Made by a program: the position numbers and the translations under genes. A stretch of DNA of 64,000 bases, taken from assembly GCA_965603015.1 (NCBI GenBank), contig CBFDBJ010000004.1:5933-69932 (forward strand). The letters run 5' to 3'. Shown here in pieces: positions 9,527 through 18,037 of the stretch. Every line of letters starts with the position of its first letter. Positions within the stretch are counted from its first letter, which is position 1. Source of the DNA: an uncultured Alphaproteobacteria bacterium. GTDB taxonomy: Bacteria > Pseudomonadota > Alphaproteobacteria > M2410. The notes beneath the pieces were generated by a model. It was not told the origin of the DNA. It did not search any database and saw only the letters and a program-made list of their open reading frames with translations.

Positions 9527-11356
9527 TCAGCCCAGGAAATACCCGGAAATATGATAGGTTAGTCCGGCTGCAACATAGGCGAGTGCCATCAGGTAGCCGA
9601 ACATAAAGCCGGTCCATTTCCAGGAGTTGGTTTCTCGCTTTGTCGTCGCGAGTGTTGCAAAGCATTGCGGGGCGAATACGTACCAGGCCAGCAGCGCCAG
9701 CGCCGTCGGCAAGGACCATGCGGACTGCAGCGTTGCCGCCAGTCCGGCGACGTTGTCTTCGCCGCCCTGTACGGCATAGACGGTCCCCAGAGCGCCAACG
9801 GCGACTTCGCGGGCGGCCATCCCGGGAACCAGGGCGATGGCGATTTCCAGGTTGAACCCGATGGGGGCAAGGATCTTTTCCAGCAGGGCGCCGATCTGTC
9901 CGGCATAGCTGTCACGAAGTGACGAAGCTGACGAGGGATAGCTGGCAAGAAACCAAAGCGCGATAGATGTTGCCAGGATAATTGTGCCCGCTCGCCTCAG
10001 GAAGGCGGAGACCTTTACCCAGAGATTGATGAAAAAATCCCGGGCATGGGGCAGTTTGTAAGAGGGTAACTCCATGATGAGGGCCTGGGGTCCGCCTTGC
10101 ATGACTGTGCGCTTCAAGACGAAAGCAACCAGAACCGCACTGATGATCCCGATGACATAGAGGCCAAACATCACAAGACCCTGTTGATTGAAAATGCCAA
10201 CCTTCTCCGGCGGGATAAAGGCCGCAATGATGAGCGTATAGATCGGCAGACGCGCCGAACAGGTCATCAGCGGGGCCACAAGGATTGTTGTCAGCCTGTC
10301 GCGCTCGTTGTTGATCGTGCGCGCCGCCATGATGCCGGGGACGGCGCAGGCAAAGCTCGAAAGGAGCGGGATAAAGGCGCGGCCATTGAGACCGACTCTA
10401 AGCATGAGCTCGTCGACCATCACTGCAGCGCGCGCAAGATAGCCTGATGCTTCCAGCAGAAGAATAAAGGTGAAGAGAATGATGATCTGTGGCAGGAAAA
10501 CCAGAACGCTGCCCACTCCGGCAATAACCCCGTCGACGATGAGATCCTGGAACCATCCTGCCGGAATGACCCTCTCAACTGATGTGCCCAACCATGCCGC
10601 CCCCTGTTCGATGACCCCCATAAAAGGCCCTGACAGGGAAAAAACAGCCTGAAACAGACAGAACAGAATGCCGAGGAGGATCACGGGCCCGGCTACCGGG
10701 TGGAGAACATACTGATCGAGCCGTCGGGTGAAATTGTTCATGGCCGGTTCGTGCAGGATGACTTCTGATGCCAGGGCGCGGGCGCGTTGCTGCAGGACTT
10801 TCAGGTCATCTTCGGGAGCGTGAATGGAGGCCCGTGCCTTCCACTGATCAATCTGTTGATCGAGGCAGGTAACAAGATCTGCCCGGCCTGTCTTGCGAGC
10901 AGCACAGGTGGCGACAACCGGCACGCCAAGGCTATCTTCAAGTTTTTCAAGGTCAATTCTTACGCCATCACGCTCTGCAAGATCCATCATGTTGAGAACA
11001 ACCATAATGGGAAGCCCGAGGGATTTCATTTGCAGGACTGAGTGAAGGTGAGTTCGAATGTTGGACGCATCCAGCAGCACAATAAGGCCATCGGGGGCGG
11101 CAGTTCCCTCAAGATTGCCCTGAAGCAGGCTGAGCGCAATTTTTTCATCGGTTGATTGAGCGTTGAGGCCATAAATTCCGGGGACATCAATGAGCTCAAT
11201 CGTGTGGCCAAGGGGCGTCAAAAAACGACCGGTCAGTGTCTCGACTGTTACACCGGCATAGTTGGCAACCTTGGCGCGACGACCAGTCAGTCCGTTGAAC
11301 AAGGTTGATTTGCCGGAATTGGGGGCTCCCACGAGAGCGAGCCGCAACACACTCAT
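9527..11356 (-). CDS. feoB: Ferrous iron transporter B
   Basis: N-terminal G-domain LALVGAPNSGKSTLFNGLTG followed by a large polytopic membrane domain, 609 aa. Confidence 0.9.
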   Translation of the reverse strand: MSVLRLALVGAPNSGKSTLFNGLTGRRAKVANYAGVTVETLTGRFLTPLGHTIELIDVPGIYGLNAQSTDEKIALSLLQGNLEGTAAPDGLIVLLDASNIRTHLHSVLQMKSLGLPIMVVLNMMDLAERDGVRIDLEKLEDSLGVPVVATCAARKTGRADLVTCLDQQIDQWKARASIHAPEDDLKVLQQRARALASEVILHEPAMNNFTRRLDQYVLHPVAGPVILLGILFCLFQAVFSLSGPFMGVIEQGAAWLGTSVERVIPAGWFQDLIVDGVIAGVGSVLVFLPQIIILFTFILLLEASGYLARAAVMVDELMLRVGLNGRAFIPLLSSFACAVPGIMAARTINNERDRLTTILVAPLMTCSARLPIYTLIIAAFIPPEKVGIFNQQGLVMFGLYVIGIISAVLVAFVLKRTVMQGGPQALIMELPSYKLPHARDFFINLWVKVSAFLRRAGTIILATSIALWFLASYPSSASSLRDSYAGQIGALLEKILAPIGFNLEIAIALVPGMAAREVAVGALGTVYAVQGGEDNVAGLAATLQSAWSLPTALALLAWYVFAPQCFATLATTKRETNSWKWTGFMFGYLMALAYVAAGLTYHISGYFLG

Positions 11357-11586
11357 TACACAAGTTCCACTTCAATTACTCGCGCTTCATCGGGGCGCAA
11401 GGCGACCATGGTTCGATTAAGGCGAAAACAAAGTGGTTTGCGTGCCAGAGGCCCCCGGTAAAGAAGTTCGACTTCATCGTCTTCCGCAAAGCCGATCTCG
11501 CGCAGACGGGCAACGAGGTTCTCGTTACCTTCAGCAAATCCCAGAACGCGGGTAATTTGCAGTTTTTCAACCTTGTCGAGAGTCAT
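11356..11586 (-). CDS. feoA: Ferrous iron transport protein A
   Basis: 76-aa SH3-like FeoA (…LGFAEGNENLVARLREIGFAEDDEVELL…); its stop overlaps the feoB start (ATGA). Confidence 0.8.
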   Translation of the reverse strand: MTLDKVEKLQITRVLGFAEGNENLVARLREIGFAEDDEVELLYRGPLARKPLCFRLNRTMVALRPDEARVIEVELV

Positions 11587-11882
11587 CGTGTGTCCATCAT
11601 TTGTCTTCTCAATCCGAGGTCTCCAAGCGCCTCTTACCAGAGTTCTACAATTGCACAGAAGTTGCGGAGATCCTCGTTTTTCTCATCCTACATTGCTTGC
11701 GAGCGACTCGCAAAGTCAAGGCTCTAATCTGCGACATTGGGACGCTTGCCAGATCACCGGATTGGTCGTCAGGTCAGGCGATGGGTTGGACCGGGACTAA
11801 GCCAGAGGGTTGACCGTTTACGGATTCGGGAGCATCACCATGAGTATCGAAAGGGCCAGTTTTCTTCATGGAGATCAGTTTT

Positions 11883-12710
11883 ATGTCGCGCGAGGGTCAA
11901 ACCGTTTTCATTGTTGGAGGATCGAGTGGCATTGGCCTGGCGGCGGCTTGTCAATTGGCGGCTGACGGCGCCAATGTCGCGATCTTTGCAAGACGCTCTG
12001 ACGTGCTTGAGCGCGCGCGCCAGGAAATTGTTGCGCATCAGAAAGAGCCATCCTCCAGCGTATCTGCCTATAGTCTCGATGCCGCTGATTTTGCTCAGAC
12101 GCAAGAGGTCTTCGCGCGGGCGACAGGGGAGCTCGGCAAACCTTCTGTCCTCATCAACTCGGCAGGCGGTTCTACGCCACATCGTTTTGTTGATATGGAT
12201 GCAGATCAACTGGACCGAACACTTCGATCCAATGTCGCACCCTGCTGGAACGCATGCAAGGCTGTTGCGCCCTGTATGATCGAGCAGGGCGCCGGGACAA
12301 TCGTCAATGTATCCTCCCTGGCAGGCCTCATCGGTGTTTACGGGTATACGGATTATTGCCTGGCGAAATATGGAGTGGTTGGTTTTTCAGAAGCGCTCAG
12401 AAGCGAGTTGAAACCGAACGGGATAAAGGTGCAGGTGTTTTGCCCGCCCGATACGCAAACGCCCGGATATGATGAGGAAAACAAAACCAAACCCGCTGAA
12501 ACGATTGCTCTTTCGGCGGGCGCAAGCCTGATGTCTGCCAGTGATGTTGCCAGGGCCTTGATTGATGGCCTGTCGTCAAACAAATTTGTCGTGCTGGCCA
12601 ATCGCGAAAGCAGGTTGTTCTGGGCTTTGCAGAGATATGCGCCGGGCCTGGGGCGCATTTATATGGACCGCGTTATCGCCAGGGCACAGGCGAAGAGGTC
12701 ATCACCGTAG
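11883..12710 (+). CDS. Short-chain dehydrogenase/reductase (SDR)
   Basis: TVFIVGGSSGIGLAAA Rossmann motif and the NSAG and YxxxK region; GGAGA sits 10 nt upstream of the ATG at 11883. Confidence 0.8.
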   Translation: MSREGQTVFIVGGSSGIGLAAACQLAADGANVAIFARRSDVLERARQEIVAHQKEPSSSVSAYSLDAADFAQTQEVFARATGELGKPSVLINSAGGSTPHRFVDMDADQLDRTLRSNVAPCWNACKAVAPCMIEQGAGTIVNVSSLAGLIGVYGYTDYCLAKYGVVGFSEALRSELKPNGIKVQVFCPPDTQTPGYDEENKTKPAETIALSAGASLMSASDVARALIDGLSSNKFVVLANRESRLFWALQRYAPGLGRIYMDRVIARAQAKRSSP

Positions 12711-12734
12711 AGGGTGAACTCAGGTCCCGGCGGC

Positions 12735-13463
12735 TCACTCTTGAGACGGGGTCTTTCCGGCGTGTTTGGTGTCTTCGGCGTTGCGTTCGGCGACGCGGCG
12801 AAGGATTGCCTTTGTGTGCAGGATAGAAAACATTTGTTCGGCGTGCGCAAGGCCCTGCTGCGCAAGGGCGGCGGCCTCGTCGGTGGACCGGGTGCCGGGA
12901 ATTCGATCATAGAAATGTTCGACCTCCTGATCGGCAAGCATCTCCGCGGCGTCCTTGTAGCGTTTCATCTCATGGGCAGAATATCCGATGCCGCGATCAA
13001 ACCCCGCATCCTTTACCTCGGCCCATAGCCGCGCAATGCGAGCATCCTGTCCGGAGAGGGTGGGGCCCATCGGTTCGTCTCTGATTGTAATGAGGCCGTC
13101 CGCAGACAGGGCCTGGATATCGGCGGTATCCAGAGATGTTGTTTCGATCAGCTCTTTTACCGAGATGGCTGCGCCGGTGTTGGCGCCCAGACGAGCGGCC
13201 AAAAGGAATTCAAGTCCGACAAGGTTTGGTGTGCCGATCTCGCCTGGCGCGGGGTTTTCAAGCAGGTCGCGAATGACACCAAGCGGCAGGAAGCGTTCGT
13301 CTTTCAGCTTTTTGATAAGCTGGATACGGCCGACATGATCTTCAGAGTAGATCGCCACATTGCGGCGCGGCTTTTCCGGCTCGGGCAAAAGGCCTTCGCG
13401 AATGTAGAAACGGATGGCCTCGCGCCCGATGCCCGTCCGCTCCTCCAGTTCCTTCATCTTCAT
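12735..13463 (-). CDS. MerR-family transcriptional regulator with a ~170-aa C-terminal effector domain
   Basis: N-terminal MerR helix-turn-helix MKMKELEERTGIGREAIRFYIREGLL; the gene ends the P450 gene string. Confidence 0.75.
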   Translation of the reverse strand: MKMKELEERTGIGREAIRFYIREGLLPEPEKPRRNVAIYSEDHVGRIQLIKKLKDERFLPLGVIRDLLENPAPGEIGTPNLVGLEFLLAARLGANTGAAISVKELIETTSLDTADIQALSADGLITIRDEPMGPTLSGQDARIARLWAEVKDAGFDRGIGYSAHEMKRYKDAAEMLADQEVEHFYDRIPGTRSTDEAAALAQQGLAHAEQMFSILHTKAILRRVAERNAEDTKHAGKTPSQE

Positions 13464-13473
13464 GATATGCGCC

Positions 13474-14793
13474 TTATGACTTCAACGGGTGCAACACGAC
13501 CTGCATATCGGTGATGCCCATGACGAAGCAGGAATGAAGGTGTTTGGTTTCTCCAACGACTTCCACTTTGTCAAAGCGGTTCATAATTTCTTCCCAGAGA
13601 ATTCTGAGCTGCATTTCGCCAACCCGATTGCCCATGCAGCGGTGAATACCGAAACCGAAGGATACATGGTGACGGGCTCTGGCCCGATCAATCAGAAACT
13701 CACTTGCACGGTCGATCACCTCATCATCACGATTGCCAGAGATGTACCACATGATGACCTTGTCGCCTTTTTTGATCTGCTTGCCACCCAGTTCGATGTC
13801 TTCCAGAGCGGTGCGACGCATGTGCCCGAGGGGCGTAACCCAGCGAATGATTTCGGAAACCATATTGGGGATCAGGTCCGGGTTGGCTCTGAGCTTGTCA
13901 TATTCTGCCGGGTTTTGGTTCAGGGCCAGGACGCCGCCGGAAATCGAGTTGCGGGTCGTATCATTACCGCCGACGATGAGCAGGATCAGGTTGCCGAGGA
14001 ACTCCATCGGATCGTTGATCATCTCCGAGGTGTCCGGATTTGTAGCCAGCAGCGAAATCAAATCACTTGAGCCCTGATTTTCGGTTCTGTTCTGCCACTT
14101 TTCCATGAAGTAATGCAGACATTCCATGAGCTCTTCGCGGCGAACGTCCTCGCTGACAATTGTTCCATCGGCCAGGGCCTCTTCCTCTGAAATGGCTGTC
14201 GCCACATCCGACCAGCGGATCAGCTTGTGTCGATCTTCCTGGGGCACATCAAAGAGCGTCGCCAGGGTCATCGCTGTGAGCTCAACAGAGACTTTTTCAA
14301 CCCAGTTGAAGGGTTCGCCAACGGGAAGACCGTCCAGAATTTTTCCAACCCGCTCGCGAATTGTACTTTCAAGTTTCGCCAGGTTCATCGGCGCTACAGC
14401 CGGCGTGACAGATTTTCTCTGCACATCGTGTTTTGGTTGATCCATGGCGATGAAGTTCCTGAAATCAAAGTCAGGATCCGGATCGACGACAGTGATCGTT
14501 TTGTCCGAGGAAAAAACCTTGTGGTTGGTGTCAACGGCGACGATGTCGTTGAATTTCGTGACCGACCAGAACGGCCCGAACTCACCGTCCTTACAATAGT
14601 GAACCGGATCTTCCTTGCGCAGCCGTTCAAAATACTCAAAGTGCTTTTGGGCTTCGAAGATATAACTATCGCTCATGTTGATGTCTTCCAGAGCAATGTC
14701 ATAGGCCGAGGGCACATTGTCTACGGAGCCAAGGTTGGCAAACTCCCGATTGCGGTTTGAAAGGTCAGCGTCGGGGGGCGTTATATCCGTCAT
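13474..14793 (-). CDS. Cytochrome P450 of the CYP153 (alkane/terminal hydroxylase) family, paralogue 1
   Basis: Heme loop HHVSFGFGIHRCMGNRVGEMQLRILWEEI, I-helix LLIVGGNDTTRNSISGGVLALNQ, EIIRWVTPLGHMRRTALEDIEL and N-terminal FEYFERLRKEDPVHYCKDGEFGPFWSVTKFNDIVAVDTNHKVFSS all match the CYP153A sequences I recall. Start set at MTDIT with AGAGGA upstream. Confidence 0.85.
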   Translation of the reverse strand: MTDITPPDADLSNRNREFANLGSVDNVPSAYDIALEDINMSDSYIFEAQKHFEYFERLRKEDPVHYCKDGEFGPFWSVTKFNDIVAVDTNHKVFSSDKTITVVDPDPDFDFRNFIAMDQPKHDVQRKSVTPAVAPMNLAKLESTIRERVGKILDGLPVGEPFNWVEKVSVELTAMTLATLFDVPQEDRHKLIRWSDVATAISEEEALADGTIVSEDVRREELMECLHYFMEKWQNRTENQGSSDLISLLATNPDTSEMINDPMEFLGNLILLIVGGNDTTRNSISGGVLALNQNPAEYDKLRANPDLIPNMVSEIIRWVTPLGHMRRTALEDIELGGKQIKKGDKVIMWYISGNRDDEVIDRASEFLIDRARARHHVSFGFGIHRCMGNRVGEMQLRILWEEIMNRFDKVEVVGETKHLHSCFVMGITDMQVVLHPLKS

Positions 14794-14917
14794 CTTTTTT
14801 CCTCTTTTGTAAAACTGTGTGCCGAGCTGAGCGTCGATAACGCTGTTCGGGCCAATCGTTATCGTGATCCGGCACATATTGACGGGTCATGAAAACCGAT
14901 CAGGCCAGATTGTTGTA

Positions 14918-16186
14918 TCAGGATTTTAACGGGTGCAGCTTGACCATCATTTCGGTAATGCCCATGACAAAGTTTGAACGCAGACGTCCAGGCTCACCGA
15001 TAACCTCGACCTTTTCGAAGCGCTTCAGGATTTCTTCCCAAAGGATCCGCAACTGCATCTCGCCAACACGGTTGCCCATGCAGCGGTGAATGCCGAAGCC
15101 GAAGGAGAGATGATGACGCGCCTTGTCACGGTCGATGATGAATTCGTTGGCGCGGTCGATGACTTCGTCATCGCGGTTGCCGGAAATGTACCACATGACG
15201 ACCCGGTCACCTTTTTTGATTTGCTTGCCGTTTAACTCGGTATCTTCAAGAGCGGTGCGGCGCATGTGGCCCAGCGGCGTGACCCAGCGAATGATTTCTG
15301 ACACCATATTGGGGATAACCTCGGGGTTGGCACGCAGCTTGTCATATTCTGCCGGGTTCTGGTTGAGCGCCAGGACGCCGCCGGAAATCGAGTTGCGGGT
15401 CGTGTCGTTGCCGCCGACAATGAGCAGCATCAGATTGCCAAGGAATTCGAGCGGATCATTGGACATTTCCATTGTGTCGGGATTGGTCGCAAGCAGTGAG
15501 ATGAAGTCGGTGCCTTCATAGTTTTCGCCGCGGTCGCCCCACAGTTTCATGAAATATTCGAGACATTCCATCAGCTCTTTCTTGCGCTCTTCTTCGTTGA
15601 CGATGGAACCGTCAGCACCGGTTTGATCCGGGCTCGATGTCGTTACATCCGACCACCAGGTCAACTTGCGTCTGTCTTCCCAGGGAAAGTCAAACAGTAC
15701 GGCCAGCATTCGGGTCGTCAGCTCAATCGAGACCTGGTCGACCCAGTCAAAACTTTCACCAACGGGAAGACTGTCAAGAATCTCACAAACATTCTCGCGA
15801 ATGAGCGCCTCCAGTTTTGCCAGATTGACAGGCGCAACAGCGGGCGTGACAACTTTTCTTTGAACGTCATGTTTTGGCTGGTCCATGGCGATGAACATGG
15901 GCGGATTGAAGTCAGGGTCCGCATCGCCGATCACGATGGTCTTGTCAGAAGAGAAGACCTTGTGATTGGTATCGACAGCCACAATGTCGTTGAATTTTGT
16001 AATCGACCAATAGGGGCCGAACTCGCTGTCCTTGCAATAATGGACCGGGTCCTCCTTGCGCAGCCGTTCAAAATACTCAAAGTGCTGCTGGGTTTGAAAG
16101 AGCAAGCCATCACTGACGTCAATATCTTCCAGTGGTACGTCATAGGCACTTGGTGGTCTGGTGTTCTGGTCGTGGGCCACGGTCAT
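14918..16186 (-). CDS. Cytochrome P450 of the CYP153 family, paralogue 2
   Basis: Shares ~80% of residues with paralogue 1 and carries the same heme-binding, I-helix and EXXR motifs. Confidence 0.85.
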   Translation of the reverse strand: MTVAHDQNTRPPSAYDVPLEDIDVSDGLLFQTQQHFEYFERLRKEDPVHYCKDSEFGPYWSITKFNDIVAVDTNHKVFSSDKTIVIGDADPDFNPPMFIAMDQPKHDVQRKVVTPAVAPVNLAKLEALIRENVCEILDSLPVGESFDWVDQVSIELTTRMLAVLFDFPWEDRRKLTWWSDVTTSSPDQTGADGSIVNEEERKKELMECLEYFMKLWGDRGENYEGTDFISLLATNPDTMEMSNDPLEFLGNLMLLIVGGNDTTRNSISGGVLALNQNPAEYDKLRANPEVIPNMVSEIIRWVTPLGHMRRTALEDTELNGKQIKKGDRVVMWYISGNRDDEVIDRANEFIIDRDKARHHLSFGFGIHRCMGNRVGEMQLRILWEEILKRFEKVEVIGEPGRLRSNFVMGITEMMVKLHPLKS

Positions 16187-16215
16187 GGATCTTGCTCCCC
16201 TTTAGAGTTCAACTA

Positions 16216-16536
16216 TCAGAATTGGGCAATCGGCAGACGGACGACAAGCCCGTCAAGGTCGTCAGTCACCTTGATTTGACAGGCAAGGCGGCTGGTTTCT
16301 TCGGCGGCTTCGGCGAAATCCAGCATGGTCACTTCCATGTCCGTTTTGGTGCCGGTTTTCGACTGCCATTCAGGGTCGACGTAAATGTGGCAGGTGGCGC
16401 AGGCGCAGGCCCCGCCGCAATCCGCGTCGATTCCTGGTACAAGATTGTTCACTGCGCCTTCCATCAGGGAAAGCCCGACGGCGACTTCGACTTTATGTTC
16501 GCTTCCGTTGTTCTCAATGTAGGTAACGCGTGGCAT
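16216..16536 (-). CDS. [2Fe-2S] ferredoxin of the putidaredoxin/adrenodoxin type
   Basis: 106 aa with cluster ligands [11 protein letters not shown]...LACQ. Confidence 0.85.
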   Translation of the reverse strand: MPRVTYIENNGSEHKVEVAVGLSLMEGAVNNLVPGIDADCGGACACATCHIYVDPEWQSKTGTKTDMEVTMLDFAEAAEETSRLACQIKVTDDLDGLVVRLPIAQF

Positions 16537-16681
16537 TCAGCCCTCCCTTTTTGCGTAGTATGAGTACGTATTGCGAACTGTAATCAGTAAATCCCGCAGG
16601 TCAAGTGTGGAATTTGTCTAATCTGGAGGTCGGTCGAAGGTCAGGCCCTCTGGTGGGCGCGAAAGCCTCAGGCCTTCAACC

Positions 16682-17953
16682 TCAGGCTTTCAGGGGGTGA
16701 AGCCGGACGGGCAGTTCAGTGATCCCCATGACGAAGTTGGAGCGCAGGCGGGTGGGTTCGCCGACGACTTCGACCTTTTCAAAGCGCTTCAGGATTTCCT
16801 CCCACAGGATGCGGAGCTGCATTTCACCGACACGGTTGCCCAGGCAGCGGTGAATGCCAAAGCCGAACGAGAGGTGATGGCGCGCCCTGGCACGATCAAT
16901 CAGGAATTCATCGGGGCGATCAATAGCCTCCTCATCGCGGTTGCCCGAGATATACCACATGACCACCTTGTCACCCTTTTTGATCAGCTTGCCGCCGAGC
17001 TCATAGTCCTCGAGCGCGGTGCGCCGCATGTGGGCGAGCGGTGTGACCCAGCGAATGATTTCAGGGACCATGTTGGGAATGATATCGGGGTTGGCGCGCA
17101 GCTTGTCATATTCCTTTGGGAACTGATTGAGGGCGAGGAGACCGCCGGAAATCGAGTTGCGCGTCGTGTCGTTGCCGCCGACAATCAGCAGGATCAAATT
17201 GCCAAGAAACTCGAGCGGGTCCTTTGTTAGATCCTTCGTGTCGGGATTGGTGGCAAGCAGGGAAATGAAATCAGTGCCCTGATAGTTCTCGCCGCGAGAG
17301 GCCCAGAGATTTTTGAAATAATCGATGCACTCGAGCAGTTCCTTCTTGCGCCCTTCTTCGGATATGAAGGCAGCATCCGTGCCGCTTGATTCTGGCCTTG
17401 AGGTCGCAACATCTGACCAGCGCGGCAGCATGCGGCGATCTTCCCAGGGGAAGTCAAACAGGGTTGCCAGCATCTGGGTGGTCAGTTCGATTGAGACCCG
17501 GTCGACCCAGTCGAAGGTTTCGCCGACCGGCAAATCGTCGAGGATTGTGCAGACGCGTGTCCGAATGAGCGCTTCCAGTTGTGCCAGATTGACCGGCGCA
17601 ACGGCCGGCGTAGCGGCTTTTCTCTGCACATCGTGGACGGGGGGATCGGAAGCAATGAAGCTGGAGGTTTGAAATTCGGGGTCGGGGTCTCCGATGACAA
17701 TGGCGGGCTCGGAGGAAAAGACCTTGTGATTGGTATCGACCGCGACGATGTCATCGAATTTCGTGATCGACCAGAACGGCCCGAAGGCGCTCTCGCTGCA
17801 GAAATGAACAGGATCTTCCTTGCGGAGCCGTTTGAAATAATCCCAGTGCCGTTGATTTTGAAAGAGATGGCTGTCGCTGACATCAAGAGTGTCCAGCGGG
17901 AGGTTCCAGGGGCCTGATAATTGATCGGCTTTGTGATCGTCGGCAAGGCTCAT
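16682..17953 (-). CDS. Cytochrome P450 of the CYP153 family, paralogue 3
   Basis: HLSFGFGIHRCLGNRVGEMQLRILWEEILKRF, LLIVGGNDTTRNSISGGLLALNQ and EDPVHFCSESAFGPFWSITKFDDIVAVDTNHKVFSS. Confidence 0.85.
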   Translation of the reverse strand: MSLADDHKADQLSGPWNLPLDTLDVSDSHLFQNQRHWDYFKRLRKEDPVHFCSESAFGPFWSITKFDDIVAVDTNHKVFSSEPAIVIGDPDPEFQTSSFIASDPPVHDVQRKAATPAVAPVNLAQLEALIRTRVCTILDDLPVGETFDWVDRVSIELTTQMLATLFDFPWEDRRMLPRWSDVATSRPESSGTDAAFISEEGRKKELLECIDYFKNLWASRGENYQGTDFISLLATNPDTKDLTKDPLEFLGNLILLIVGGNDTTRNSISGGLLALNQFPKEYDKLRANPDIIPNMVPEIIRWVTPLAHMRRTALEDYELGGKLIKKGDKVVMWYISGNRDEEAIDRPDEFLIDRARARHHLSFGFGIHRCLGNRVGEMQLRILWEEILKRFEKVEVVGEPTRLRSNFVMGITELPVRLHPLKA

Positions 17954-18037
17954 CAGCTCATCTCCCTTTTACGATAACAGTTCGCAGGATCGATGATATC
18001 TGGATATTTCGTCCGGTCAATATGGAACCGCGTTCAC

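Noticed and set aside
11305-11727. 140-aa plus-strand ORF
   Set aside because: It overlaps feoA on the opposite strand and the feoA-SDR divergent promoter region, and has no supporting motif.
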